Numbered from the stretch's first letter, positions 36,509-51,200 are shown. The stretch is DNA of 64,000 nt from Tubulanus polymorphus (GCF_964204645.1 NC_134033.1:12160655-12224654), one strand, 5' to 3'. Program-made: numbers and translations. Notes: a model not told the origin generated them from the letters alone.

Positions 36509-38173
36509 CTGACTAGGGGGTTAGTTTCTATTTAAAAACTTTAGAGACATCTTGCTAAGTTTTCCACTGGTTCCTGAGACCTTTCAGAGCAATCTTTAAC
36601 TCCCAAAGGCAAAGGAGTGAATTTCTCTTTTCGTCTAAACAAGGAACTGGAAGGTTGTTGATGCTTGAACAGCGAATGGCTGTCTAAAGTTCCACCATTT
36701 TGATACATTTAAATTGTAATTAAGTTGCCTAATTATGTATATAATTAGTTAATTTTGTAATAGTAACCCTTTTGTGAAACCGAATTTCAATCGTAATTAA
36801 CTAATGATAATTAAAGAAATTCAATCATGATTTAGGTCCTAATTATAATTAAAGTTAATTATGCTTTGTGAAACCAGCCCCTGGTTTTTTATTTGTTTGG
36901 TTTTTTTGTTTTGCTTTTTTCACTTCACCGCCGAGTTAGTCGCTACACGCCATCAAACCAAAGCCATACTGAATAACTTCTGCATACTAGCAGCGCCACA
37001 TTGCGAGAATAGTTTTCTCGTTCAAACAGTTCCTTCATGAAAGATTTTTTCCCCTCTTTAAATGACTTCATCGCGGAGTTGAAACAAGGAATTAAAAATG
37101 TTTTTTTATGCCCCGGCGGTGACTTGTGCCGCGCACCAGGATTTGATCCATTGATTGCGCTTTTCTGTATCACTTCTCTCCGTCGAATCTGGGAGATGAT
37201 TTTGATTTAGGGTTCCAGCTCAGATGTATGTAAAGTGATTGAACGCAAGAGAGCAAGTACACTGTATTAAGAGTTATAGATGAGAGAGAGAGAATGAAAT
37301 AAGAGTACATGTGCTTAAATAGCTACTGATAAGACACTGGCCAGTTCGGCACTGATGCAAGGTCATTAGTACCTTATATGGACTGACCAGTGTTCTGTCG
37401 AAAATATTAAGATAATTAGTTACTACACATATATATTCATAATAGTAATGATAATTATCATAATAGTAATTATTACATCCTTCCTCTGTATCAATTTAGA
37501 TAGCCTAAGGCCAAAAAAATTGATACCTTGTTTCTCCGCTCTGCTGAGCTTAAATGTTGACCCGGCCGGCCGCCTATCTACCCTATACATTACTTTTTTT
37601 AAAATCGTGATCAATTTCACCATAACAGACCCGGCCGCTATAGAAATGAACTGTTTATAAATTTTATCATATTTTACAAAAATGACCCGGCCGCTGCGGA
37701 GAAACAAGGTACCATTTTTGTTTAGCCTAAGTCCCAACACATGCGATCCAGGGAAACACAGAAACCAAGTTTCCGAGCGTTTCCTTGTTTTGAGGACCGA
37801 CCGAGAAACATTAATTACCGGTTTGTTTCAGTATAACTACGTCGTATGTGTTGGGCTTTACACAGATTTATTTACTGATGCGATACAAACATTGAATGGT
37901 ACTTTAAGTCATGTGCTGTGCACGATTGATATTTATTTCTAATTATTGAAATGCGACCGATGAAAGAAAAGCGATGTTGTATCCGGATAACACTAACCCG
38001 ATCGTGAATGCAAAAGAAAACAGATGATTTGAAATGTGGAGTCTAGGCCTTTCCATTAAATACGGTAATCATAAATGTAACAAATTGATCCGATCTGCTG
38101 ATTCATTTGTAATTGTGTTAGATTACGACCCGAACGCTTGAACAGCACACCGAGGATTTCATCAAACGGATCA

Positions 38174-40953
38174 CTAGATATCCCACTCTTCGACATCTTC
38201 CAGCAACGGTGAGCAAAGACCTTTATCGGCTTCTCGGACTAACTGATTACATTTGTCCGAATCTATGTTATATCCAACGTCGGAAAACGGGTTTGCCGGG
38301 TCCACAATCCACGGTCTGAAAGATTAAGGACACTCATGCTCTGCAGTAAAAGTTGATAAATTTCGTTTTCAAATTTCTTTTTACAGTTTAATACAATCCA
38401 GTTTACCTAAGTAAGAATTGCCATCGCAATTCTACTGAATTATTTAGGTAAGACTCCAAATAGAGATTTCATGTATGTTTGCTTCAGCTAGTAGAATGGT
38501 TCAGCTGGACTGTGCATAGCAAGGGTCAGAGGGCAGTTCTCCGAAATTTTGAAAAGTACCCTTTTTGCAAATATCATTGTTACATATATCCAATCGAAAT
38601 CTAAGGTAGAATCCTTCACTTGGGACTGAAAAGCATTTTAATAGGCCAAAAATAGTTTTTATCATGGCTTTATTTAAGAAGAATCATTATATCGATTTTT
38701 TACTTTAGGAAACTGCCCTTTTTGGGGGTTTCTCTGCTCCCTCACATCCTTATGCAAGGTCCGGCCCTGGAATGTATCTACACATGACGTAGATCCATCT
38801 TACGCGCAATCGAGATGATTAGTAGATCCATTCATCCATGACTGAGTAGATCCATTCATCCACCTATCCACATATCTGGCACTAAGGTCCTCAGTGATGA
38901 ATGTTAGTAGACCTAGTAATTCTAAATCAGTCAATTAATAGTTAACAATTACCTGCCAGGCTGCGGTACACAGCACGGTCTGTCGTAGTTAACAGTCCAT
39001 TTTATCCTAATGGACCCCGGATCCGTAAGTCGTTTTAAAACGGTTCGGAGTCCGACTCTGAGGTCAAACCTCCACGGACTTCCTGCTCTCTCCCACGTAT
39101 CTATAACCAGTAACTCATAAAAGTATGACGGCGGTCCTTTCTTAAAAATAGAGATAAGATGATACGATGTAAGATTCAAACACACATGCTAACTAAGTAT
39201 AAATGTTGATTGGGACGCTGTAATTTCGTAGTGATAGTTGTCATCGTCAAATTTGAGTGATCTCTATACTAAAATCGGTACTGAAAATCGGAAAATGTCG
39301 GTAGGGGGTGAAACGTCGTACGGGATGTAACGATGAAACTTAGATAATTCGATTCAATTTCCCCATAAATTAAATTCATCTTTACTCGATTTAAGAGTGA
39401 ATCCAGTTCACCAAACTCGATTTAAGCGAAACTGAATAAAAATAATCTGGATTTATTTAGAAATATTTTGATTTAAAAATTAAACTTTTCATGAAATCGG
39501 GGCCAGAAGTGAACGAGTCGTGTACATATGCTACGCAATCAAGGAACAACGATTGAGTGCTCAGATCGTAGGAACAGCAAGCCGTGCAATATTCTGCTGA
39601 ATATTTAAAAAGAATCGTCAGAATTCAAATCTAGACTATTTTGTGATTGAAAGTGTTGATATTAGAGAAAACCATCACTAATTGGGTTCAGACGGTATGT
39701 TCTACTTCCGATCCCAATTCAAACGTATTTATCATTTACCTAGAATTTAGAAATCTAACCTGGAAAGAACGTCTTGTTTTTGACCAGTATTTCACGGTTC
39801 GTATCAGACTTTTTACGATCGTTGGTTGTTGCTTAACGAATTCGAGCTGTAATCGGGCAAGTGGTGCAGAATAGAATCCCCTCGACCTACCATCGATATT
39901 CCGCATTTCATCATAGATATCTGCCTCTAAAAAAGTTAAAATTTATCCATGCTTTTATTAATTCTCTGTCAACTCTCTGTTGGTTTTACTGATCTAACTG
40001 TGGATTTTACTGATCAACACGTATATCGATTATGATAGACACGCTTATTACCAGGATAGCGTCTCAAGATATCGTAAGTTGGCAGAAGGTCAACTTCGTG
40101 GAACTCGTCATCATAGCGTCCCCGGAGTTTCAAGTTTATCAGGTATGAATCCCGACGAATCAATTTCAATTTGCCCTCTCTGTTCCACTTATGGGCGGCC
40201 AGAATATCCCATATGTTATCGATGCACTCTTTAATTTTGAGTTGTATATTATCCATGCCGCGGAAATCGTTGATATACATCACACAGTCGATATCGGCCT
40301 TGCCAATGACGGCTGTACCTTTACCTAACGATCCGGACTAGAATTAGAAAAAAAGACACGTACACGCAACATATCAACAAAATGCACTAAAGATATCACA
40401 TTCACCATATACAGCTAGCTGCTAAACATTGAAGTCACAAAAACAGTCTTACGAACTGAAAGTAACTGATAAGGCCGGCGTTAGAGTCGAAGACTTGAAA
40501 TGGCGGTAGCGCACAAATCAAAACGCTAAAAAACCTCTGCTTTGTGTTTTCCGCAATGTGTGTTTCTCCGAACACGAAACATTGCCATGTGCGCACGACT
40601 TACATTGTTTTTAATGACATGCGTTTAATTCGTTTTCATTTTCATTCAGACAAAATAGTGTCCTTATCGTTTTTTGTTTGTTTTGAGGATTCCGAGGTTG
40701 ACTGCAAAAGGCATCTGGCGGTGTAAGTACGTACCTTAGAGCGCCAGTCCTAACAAGTTATCGATACGGTTTTTACCTTAACAACTTCACTGACGTCGAA
40801 TGGCACATTTTCGGAGTGAAGATACCTAATCAACATGTCAAGAGCTCGTTTAAAACCGTCGTGGTATTCTTCCGTAGGTTGGATGGAATGAGCTTGAAAT
40901 GTGTTCATCTCTGAATTGCACGTATCATAAGGACTTTTAACACGTATATTCAT
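38174..40953 (-). CDS. OAS: 2'-5'-oligoadenylate synthetase, copy B (5 exons, 319 aa)
   Basis: Exons 40953-40777, 40337-40052, 39926-39760, 39140-38953, 38315-38174, in phase; same catalytic motifs as copy A; stops at ...EWDI*. Confidence 0.9.
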
Positions 40954-42748
40954 TGATCAGAAGCCAGTTGTTCAAAATTTGCAATAGAAAACCATTAGAT
41001 GCCTTAATTATTATTCTGACCTACCCCTTTGAGACATTTGCATTCGCATGATATCATCTTGAACATTAACTGCTGCTTCTTGTTCATCATTCCTGATGGA
41101 TATGCGTGAAACAGAATAACAAAAAGTTGACTTTACACTCAAATGTTAACATAGATCTATGCTAATTGTATACAATCGAACGAGTCCCAATGTTACAGGT
41201 TGATTGATCGATTTTCGGTTGCTAGTAAAATGGCGGATGGAGGATTCTCCCGTATTTTAATCACAGGGACTAATTGTCATTGTTGATAGTGAATGAATAA
41301 AACCAGTACCGTCACATGTATCAATGACCAAATCCAGATGTATCTTCTTTATTTGCAGGTATACTGGGATTGGTCATTGAAATTGGTTTTGTATGGTCAT
41401 TGATACTGGTTTAGTGCACCAGGTCCATGTGGTTTGGATTCTTCAGCATCTTGGTTGGATGAGTCTATAAAACCACTACTCGAATGGTTTTACTCAAACC
41501 GTTTACGTTTTCGACAAAACAAATGTGCAAAACCGGTATTTTTTAGTAAACGAAGTGGATATTTAACCGTATACGGCAAAGTGTTTACTTCCGCTATTTT
41601 ACCGTACATCATTGCTATATATTATAGTTTAAACTAATAAAAGTAACTATAAAATCATTTTATTCGGTTTAGGGTCTAAAGGACTCAAAGGGTTAGGTTT
41701 AGAGATAGAGGTTAGGGTCCGTTTTGCCCCTAGGGATGGGTGAGGGTAAGGTTGGGCGCTATAAGTAGTTAAAAGATTCGGTAGGTTTTCAGCGAGCTCG
41801 GTGGTCTGGTAGCATGACGCAGCGCTAGTAATTTACTGGCCCGGGTTTGAGTCTCGCTCTAAGCCCCTCTATTTTCTCATACTCCACACTAGAATTTCGG
41901 GAAAAAATAGCCGAAGTAAACAAAAACACTCTGCCGTATACGGTAAAATATCCACTGCGTTTTAGTACACCAAATCAGTTGTCTAAACTTCGGCTTGCGA
42001 CTTTTTTACCTTCCATTTAAGTAGCGAAAAACAATTCCAATTCCGGCCGCAGCTATTGCGACTTTCGTTGCTGTATCCATATTACACTGTAAATATATGG
42101 TCCAGGTCATTACCTCGTTAGAATATGATCCAAGGCATTTCTATAATATAACATACAAACCGTTCATTATTTGATGGTTGAGATCTTATGCAACAAAGTC
42201 GAATGAATGTAGTGACAGTCCAATAGGTAAATGCGCGTTTACATCTCTGGGAGTAAGATCGTGACGTCATCGTGACGAAGTGACAAACAAAATGGCGGAT
42301 ATTTCAGGGAATGAGCGTAGTTCAAGAGGGCCTTCTTCAGTAATTTGAAGTTTAATATAGGATGGACAGTACCGGTACATACATAGAGTCTGCGCGTTCA
42401 GAGAGGCAGCGATCTATCTGAGTTCAACATTTTGTTTAGAAGCTGTTTTAGTTGTCGAATCTGATTGAAGATGAATTTTATGTTCGAAAAAAGTGGAAGT
42501 AATAATAATCAACAGAATAACAATTAGAAAATATAGCTGCAAAGCAGCGATAACGGGTTTTCTGGATGCATGTGATCGAAAGGAAAAATTAATTACCGGG
42601 TATTCGATGGAAAAATAAAATGAGATGATTTGGATATTATCGGAGCAATCCTCTTTTTGGTTGAATGGTCTAACCCCAGTATAATCACCCGTGATTTGGA
42701 AATTCTCGGAGCCCTCCTTTATTTACTTACTAAATGACGTCACAAACT

Positions 42749-45389
42749 GTTCAAGTTCAAGTTCAAGTTCAAGTTCAAATTTATTTCACAGAAAGCATGA
42801 CAGGCTATGTACACAGGTTGAGAGAAAACAAACAATAAAATTTACAATTTTTTTAAACAAAGCACAATTATAAAAGAGAGAGAGAGGACAGTAGCTTTCA
42901 GTGTGGGCCAAGCAAAGCCTTTAGGCCGCTGTCGCAAGCACCCAGGGAAAAAAAACGAAAGGGAAATGAAGAAATAAAGTGGAAGGAAATGAAAGTTGAT
43001 GATTTTTGATAATTTCAGGAGAGTTTATATGAGTAAGCTAGAGGGTTCAGGAGAGTGAGCAATTATAACAATTAGGGTTATTACATTGATGGATATCATT
43101 GTAGGTGGAGGTGAGATATGGTCTGAGTTTACGTTTTAAATTTTGTTTGCTTGTTTGTAGGATATCATTGGAAAAAGGTAGTTTTTGCCAGATGTTTGAA
43201 AGAATGTTTTGAGGTGAATTTTGATGCGGGGTTGGCGGTGTTTGTTTTGAAAATAAAGAATATGCGTGGTCTAAATATATGCTTTTTCTGATGTTGACTA
43301 AAGGAGATAAGTTTTCCGCGGTGAAGTAATTAGAAAAGTAATGGGGTGAAGATTTGATGGTGTTTTGAATAAAAAGTGCAGTTTTAAGGATGAGGACATC
43401 ATTGATTTTGAGGATTTCAAGATTTTTAAAAAGTGGGTCTGTGTGTGCAGTGTACTTAGAGTTGGTGATTATTCGAACAATCTTCTTTTGGATTAGGAGG
43501 CATTTTTTATTATAAGGCGAGTGGCCCCAAGCCAACAAGCCATAGTTCAAATGAGGATAGACTAAGGTGTAGTAAAGAGAAAGTAAATTTTGTGTGTCTA
43601 GGATGTTTTTAGTTTTGTTTATGATACCAGTAATTTGTGAAATTTTCTTGTGTATTTTGTCGATATGTGGTTTCCAGTTCAGATTTTCATGTATTGTCAA
43701 GCCGAGGAAATCTATTTGTTTTACTCTTTCAAGTTCAAAGTTGCCTATTTTGATTTGTTGTATGTGGTTTATGAATGGTCTTCTCTGATAATTATGAAAT
43801 ATGATATATTTAGTTTTGTTCAGATTAGGGGTTAGTTTATTAGCGATAAGCCAGTCATTCAATATGTTTAGGTCATAATTGATATACTGTATGAGTGTGT
43901 TGAGGTGTGTATGAGAAGCAATGCAATTTGTATCGTCAGCGAATAATATGTACTTCATGTTTACCGTGGAGGCATAGATATCATTGATGTAAATTAGAAA
44001 GAGGAGTGGACCTAGGATGGAACCCTGGGGTACACCGATGTTTGAGGATAGTGTAGAGGAGTTGTAGGATTTGTACGAAACGTATTGTTGACGATTAGAA
44101 AGATATGAGGAAAACCAATCTCTTGCTATTCCTCGGATGCCGTAATGTTATCTAGTAGTATATCGTGGTTAAGAGTGTCAAAAGCCTTCGAAAGGTCCAG
44201 GAAAATGCCGATTGTCCATTCATGGTTATTTAGTGAGTTAGAAATTCTGTCTATGAGTTCGAGTATTGCATGTTCGGTTGAATGGCTGTGTCGGAAACCA
44301 TATTGGTTAGGAAAAAGGTGTTTGTCAATGAATTTAGATAGTCGTTTATGTACAAGTTTTTCGTAGATTTTGGAAAGTGAATTTAGTAGTGAAATTGGTC
44401 GATAATTTTCGATCAGGTTTATGTCACCTTTTTTATGTAAAGGTGTTATTTTAGCTATTTTAAGTAAGTCGGGGAATTTGCCTGTTGAGAAGGATTGATT
44501 TAAAAGGCAAGTTAGAGGGTATGATATGTGGTTGATGATTCTCTGTAGGGTGTATGTGGAAATGTTGTCATGACCACTTGAGTGTTTTGTTTTGAGATTA
44601 TTTATAGTTTCTATGACTTCTCTTTCGCACACTGGCATGAGGAAGAAGTTAGAGTCGGATCTAGGTAAATTGTTCAGGTAGTGTTGAGATGGCATTTGAG
44701 ACAAGGGAAGTTCATTTGCTAGATGTTCACCAATTTGATTGAAGTGATTGTTAAAAGAGTTGGCAATTTTGATTGGGTCGGTAGTCTTAATGTTGTTAAT
44801 TTTGAATGAGTGTGTAATGTCTTGTTTATTATTAGTTTTCCCGATTACTTCCCTCAGGATTTTCCAGGTGTCTTTTATGTTGCCGTTTGCTATTTTTAAG
44901 GATTTTTGGTAGTGAAGTTTTTTGGAAAGTCTAATGATTGAGTTAAGTTTGTTTCTGTATGTTTTGAAGTTGTGTAGTTCGATAACACGTAGGATTTCAT
45001 TTTTTATAGACATTAGGTGTATGTATTTTTTATCTTTGTTGTAGATCGATTGAATTATGCCTTTAGTTATCCATGGGCTTCTTGGTGTGTTGTATTTGTT
45101 TTGTTTCAGTTTTTTTGAAGTGGTTTCTGAATTAATTATTGTGCTTAAGGTCGCTGAAAATGATTCGAATGTTTCGTTTATTGAAAGGTTGTTGTTTAGG
45201 AGTGTTGGGAAGTCAATATCGCTGAGTTTATCACATATATTGTTAAATCCTTGTTCACTGATAAAATTTTTTGTGTATGTTTGTTTACTATTGGGTTTTC
45301 GTTTTGTCCTGTGACTACACGCAAAAGTGATAAAATGGTCCGAGAGTGGTGTTGTAAGGATGTTATTTCGCCGGTGCTTGTTGTCTAAC
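42749..45389 (-). mobile_element. 5'-truncated non-LTR retrotransposon (CR1/L2 group), ORF2 RT with one frameshift
   Basis: SDH endonuclease end, NYRPISLL, QYGFR, DLSKAFD, GVPQGSILGP, FADD; frameshift near 44145; AATAAA then (TTGAAC)n tail at the 3' end. Confidence 0.93.
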
Positions 45390-46164
45390 AATTCAATTCA
45401 ATTCTTTATTTACAGTAACCTTATAAGTAATTTTAAGTTTCAAATAGGATGGAAAGTACATTCAGACAATCTGTTGGTTCAGAGAGACCTACAGTATCAA
45501 TTTATACATTTCGTTTCGAAGCTGTCAGTTGCCGAATCTGAATGAAGATGAATTTTATTTGACGAAATCGGCGGAAAATATATAATAATAATAATAATCA
45601 ACAGAATTTCAAGAGGGTTTTCGACGAAAGTCAGAAAACCCTAAATATAAGCTTAACCGAGTTAGGCAGAGTCTATCAATCCAAAAAGGATGACAAAAAG
45701 CTAACTTAGGCAAAAGCAACGTCGTGGTAGGCCACGCTGTTAAGATGTTGTGCAAAGCCTATTGGGTTCTAAAATAACATTTATATATTAGGAAAACTCT
45801 CCTCTGATACCTTTAACGAAAAGCCAAAAAGAACATTTACCGGTAATACAACGTTCCTGTGGTGACAATTATGTATCCGGTGCCTCACCAGGCCTTGGAA
45901 ATAACATATACCAGGTAAGGTTAGCCTGCGCCAGAACACTCGACACTCAATACAAAGATCGTTCTCTCTGCCTACCAATGGCGTATCTTATCAAATACCG
46001 GGTAACGGGGAATTTAGAATACGTGGAATAGAATACAAGGTTCGCAACAACGTAGATAATACGACATACACACATCTGCTGATTCACTTGTGTCAGTGGT
46101 ATATCGCGAACGCGAGCCCTGATGGCTCAAGCGAGCTCTTTAGTACACGCAGTATACGGAGCTC

Positions 46165-47103
46165 CGTGCTGACAAAACATAGGATGTTTGAAAATAAATC
46201 GATAGAATTTAGAGTATTGACATTCCTTTTTTTACAAAAGGCAAAAAATCGAGAAAAAATCCAAAAAAATTATTCAGCCAAACAATCTGAAAAATTGAAT
46301 AAGTGGTAGGAATTGCCTTCGTCAATTAACACCAAATTCCATGAATAATATCTGCAGCTTTTTGTTTTCAATAATAAACTAATGATGATTAAAGGGTTTA
46401 ATTACACTCTAGAGGAGAATTAAATTTTTTTGTAATTAACTGAATTAAAGTTAATTACGTTTTGTGAAACACCAAACTTGATTTAATCACGATGATTCAA
46501 TCATGATTAGCGATTTAATCATAATTAAGGGTTAATTACGCTTTGTGAAACCGGATCCAGGGGTTTTGTCAGCACGACCACCAAATACGACACCAAGTAT
46601 TGAATTAATTGATTTTGTCCATAGATATGATAGATTTCTGTCAGTAGAGTACATATCTATGGAGTTATAGGGTTAAAAAGTGCTAATCACTGCTCGGAAA
46701 TAAACCCCATTTACGAGGATTTTATTTTCCTGACTGGGAGGTAAGTTTCTATTTAAAAACTTTAGAGACATCTTGCTAAGTTTTCCACTGGTTCCTGAGA
46801 CCTTTCAGAGCAATCTTTAACTCCCAAAGGCAAAGGAGTGAATTTCTCTTTTCGTCTAAACAAGGAACAGGAAGGTTGTTGATGCTTGAACAGCAAATGG
46901 CTGTCTAAAGTTCCACCATTTTGATACATTTAAATTGTAATTAAGTTGCCTGATTATGTATATAATTAGTTAATTTTGTAAATAGTAACCCTTTTGTGAA
47001 ACCGAATTTCAATCGTAATTAACTAATGATAATTAAAGAAATTCAATCATGATTTAGGTCCTAATTATAATTAAAGTTAATTATGCTTTGTGAAACCAGC
47101 CCC
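46165..47103. mobile_element. Rearranged PIF/Harbinger-like MITE sequence, paralogue of the host element at ~35200-36881
   Basis: Shared sequence; TIR-like GTGAAACC ends at ~46550 and ~47100. Confidence 0.6.
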
Positions 47104-48253
47104 TGGTTTTTTATTTGTTTGGTTTTTTTGTTTTGCTTTTTTCACTTCACCGCCGAGTTAGTCGCTACACGCCATCAAACCAAAGCCATACTGAATAACT
47201 TCTGCATACTAGCAGCGCCACATGGCGAAAATAGTTTTCTCGTTCAAACAGTTCCTTCATGAAAGATTTTTTCCCCTCTTTAAATGACTTCATCACGGAG
47301 TTGAAACAAGAAATTAAAAATGTTTTTTTTCATGCCCTGGCGGTGACTTGTGCCGCGCACCGGGATTTGATCCGTTGATTGCGCTTTTCTGTATCACTTC
47401 TCTCCGTCGAATTTGGGAGATGATTTTGATTTAAAGGGTTCCAGCTCAGATGTATGTAAAATGATTGAACGCAAGAGAGCAAGTGATATACACGTCCACG
47501 TAATTTATCATTTACACGATTCTAAAGTGATGGCCAACAACCGGCATCAGAGGAAATAGTTAACTAAGACATGTTGTCCTTAATTTAAGTGCATAAATCA
47601 CACTATGAAAACATAAAGTAGCCAATGGCAATTATACCAAATTTTGAGTTTAACTAGAGAGCCCTGAAAATTCAAAATGTATCTATGACATGGGCGCCCT
47701 GCCACAGCGGAGCAGTACTCAGAAACCTAGGCTTCATCCGCCCCTGATTTATATATACGCCCCGAAACAGCTACTGCAGTGAACAACCGGCGAGCTCGAC
47801 ACCAGCGTTCTGAAATTCATAATCTTCGAACGCTGCAACTCGCTGCACGACGACCGTACTACGCGATCGGTTTACAGTCATTTTAGTCGTTCATTCGTCT
47901 GTATCAAACTCTCATCTTACTTTCACATCGTACGTTATACAAACCGTCCGCGCGACACCTCAGCGTGACCGTACCAAGGAGTTTACACACGCTCATCAAT
48001 TTCAAATTCTATACAAACGTGTCTTTCTGCTGGTTAGTATTTGTAATACGGTATGGAGTTTACACCTGGGCGGAGTGGTACATATGTACAACTAAAAATC
48101 TAATAATATAATCATACGAATATATACCCGCGTGGTGTCTGTCGATGTTGTTTGGAGTTTGGAGTTATATCATCTTCCGAAACATGAGCGACGTGCGTCA
48201 TTTGTTCAGCTCAAATATTATCTGATACGGAATCGCGTTTAATTCGTTTCCCA

Positions 48254-51200
48254 ATGGTCGAATACACGAGGATATTTCTTCTTTTCGCTGTACTACGCGT
48301 GTCTAGTCCGGTCGACGTTAATATGTTAGTGCTGATGCCCTGGACCGGACCGTGGCCTATTGGTAAGCGTATCGCTAGTTCCGTCTTGTTGGCCATCGAT
48401 CGCGTGAATCGCTCCGGTCTTCTACCGAACGACGTGGATTTGAAGTTTACTTGGAACGACACGAGCTGTTCGGCTAAACGTGGACTGTTCGAGGCCGTGC
48501 ACGCGTGGGCCGCGATGAAATCGAATTTACACGCGATAATAGGTGGCGGTTGTAACGAGGTATGCGAACCGTTAGGGCTCCTGGCGTCCCAGTGGAACTT
48601 ACCGATGATCTCTTTCGCGTGTACGTCCAGTCGAATGGACAATAAGTACGACTATAACACGTTCGCGCGTACGGTCGGACCTTACACGAAAATGGCGCCG
48701 ATGTTCGTGAAAATTTGCCAGTATTTCAAATGGAAAATGGTGTCGATCATGGCGTCGACGGAGAACGCCTGGCAGCTGACATCGCACGAGATCAAACTCG
48801 ACCTGGAAGAGGCGAACGTCACGATAGCCACGTTTCATAGTTTCGATCCCGGTTACGTAAATATCAGCGGCCGAGTAAAACAACAACATAACAGTATATT
48901 GAAAGATATAGCATCTCATAGTCGCAGTGAGTACGCGTCGTAATCTGTGTCGTCTTAACGGGGCCAATATATACACCATTGCTTGAATGGCGAACCTCCA
49001 ACCTTCTGTGGCAATCGAGGATTCCACTGATGGCAAGCGAGGATCCACTGAGTTCGCTAGTAGTCACTCAGTCTTCCGCATCAATTTTTTCTACTACAGT
49101 TAGTGAATGGACCTTTTCCAATGAAAACAACACCAATTTCTGAGTAGAAAAATGAATTTATTGTACATTTGGTTGGTCGTGTGATAATCTATGAATTCGG
49201 GAACCTAAAAAAATCAGTTCAAAGTTAATTGAAAATGAACTAATTTTGACAACATATGCTCGCCTGGTGGTATAGCTGGTGGTGCGGTTTCTCAGTGTTG
49301 TTTTTGTGTGTATGTATGATCGCCGTGTCGTGTGTCGGGTATCTCGTAGTCAGTTGCTGAAAAGTTGGGTCAAGTTCATCACTATACGCTAACCATATAG
49401 CGCATGCTCCAACCAACTTTGGTGCGTCTGACGTCTGTTTTTCACCTGGTTTCCTCGGCCAAGTGGCTAGACTGTTGGCATCGGTGGGATTGGCTGTTGC
49501 ACTCACTTCTAGTGCTGAGCGACAACACCTGATCGAGTCCTGCTTGCTACCTACAGTGGTCCTGTCGTAGGTTGAGTTTTAAGAATATAAGGTTGAAGGC
49601 GCGCGCTGTTGTGTAAGTATACACGAACAAGCTAAGTTCCTCACCGGTGCTGTACTTATTCGATGCGACATGTTTACACAACTCAAGCTGTGACGAGCCA
49701 TTTTTATGAGGCTATCATTATCTATTAGTGTTTTTCTCTGTTGATGGTCGTTTCTCTGGTTATCGCGCAGTTATCTGATTACACCACTAGAACACAAGCG
49801 ATGTGATATGTTTTTCTCGGGTGCAGATTGTACGGCATTGCTTTAACTCTCTTGCAACAGTGCGCATTTCCAAACAGGAGATGTCGCGTCGCTTCCGTTA
49901 AGTGGGCGACAGTGACTTCAACGGTTCTGTATAAATTGCGATGATAGTGAACTTCTGATTTTCGATGACGACAACGATTCAGTAAAATGATGATTATAGT
50001 AAATTATTATCACTTTCTAATCCTCGATGACTTCAACGATTTTAGAGCAGTGTAGAGAGAAACGGGAACTCTCACCAGGGCCCGTTATCGTTGTATACTA
50101 TCTATCACTAGGGGCGGGGAGGGGGAAGGGGGTTATGGATCTGATTGTCCGCATCAAATCAAAATTTACAAAACAAACAAAGCGTTACGAATTTAAGATG
50201 CACGTATTTTATTTGAAGGCATCTTGATGATACCATCAGATAAACTGACAATTTGACAGCGCTTTGGCCAATGTCTTTACCAATTACACATTCTAGTTGT
50301 TCATTATAGGTATTATTTTCTCGCGTTTTTTACGCATCTCGTGGTCCACTAACTTAACTGTGTTCTCGAGCATGAAACATAAGCTGTATAGAACTTTCAA
50401 TATATCACATGATATCCAATTTTCGAAAACCGCTGAATTTGTAAGTACAAAACAATCATAATTTGAATCGATTCTGATGTATACTTCACATTCCGTTTTT
50501 TTATCCTGACTGCAGGGTTCAAGTTTCATAAAACAATTTACTCATAAATCGCTTGAATTTCTACATTAATCGAGTATAACGTAAACTGGATTTATGCTTC
50601 AATCGTTTAATTGAAACTAGGTCTAGTGTTAACTAACCATCTATTGCTTAGAGAAAGAACTAGTTGTGAAACCGGTTTGTTGTACTTTGATGTCAGAAAC
50701 GTGAGTATCAAACATTTGATGTGCCAGGCAGGCCTAGTTTATTTTTACGAATAAAATTGCCTCGGGTTCAGAGAGAGAGCAGACTCTTCTCGGCCTTCCT
50801 GGAAGAATTCTTGACGATCTGTTTTTGCAAAAAAAATTGTCACAGTCGATCGATTGTCTGAGATGAGTGAGTATAGACAGCGGAGCAAGTCGATCTCAAA
50901 ACACGAGTCATCCGCATCTTTTCATGCAAAATGATCGACCTTCGATTTTTCCGTCATTCAAACCCCGAGTATATATGGGTATATATGGACACGCTTCCCC
51001 TGTCGGCGATGCCATTGCAGCTTCCTCGATGGATTGAAAGTCCCTGATGGTTCTAGGGTAATTTCCTCCCGTAGTCGACGTAGGTAAATTAGCCTGATTC
51101 ATTATATTCAGTGTGGGATGTTGCTCGTTTCCGCTCAATCAACTACTATTTTTCCTTCAACCAATGTGGTGATTACAGATATCCTATTATCCTTGTAAGT

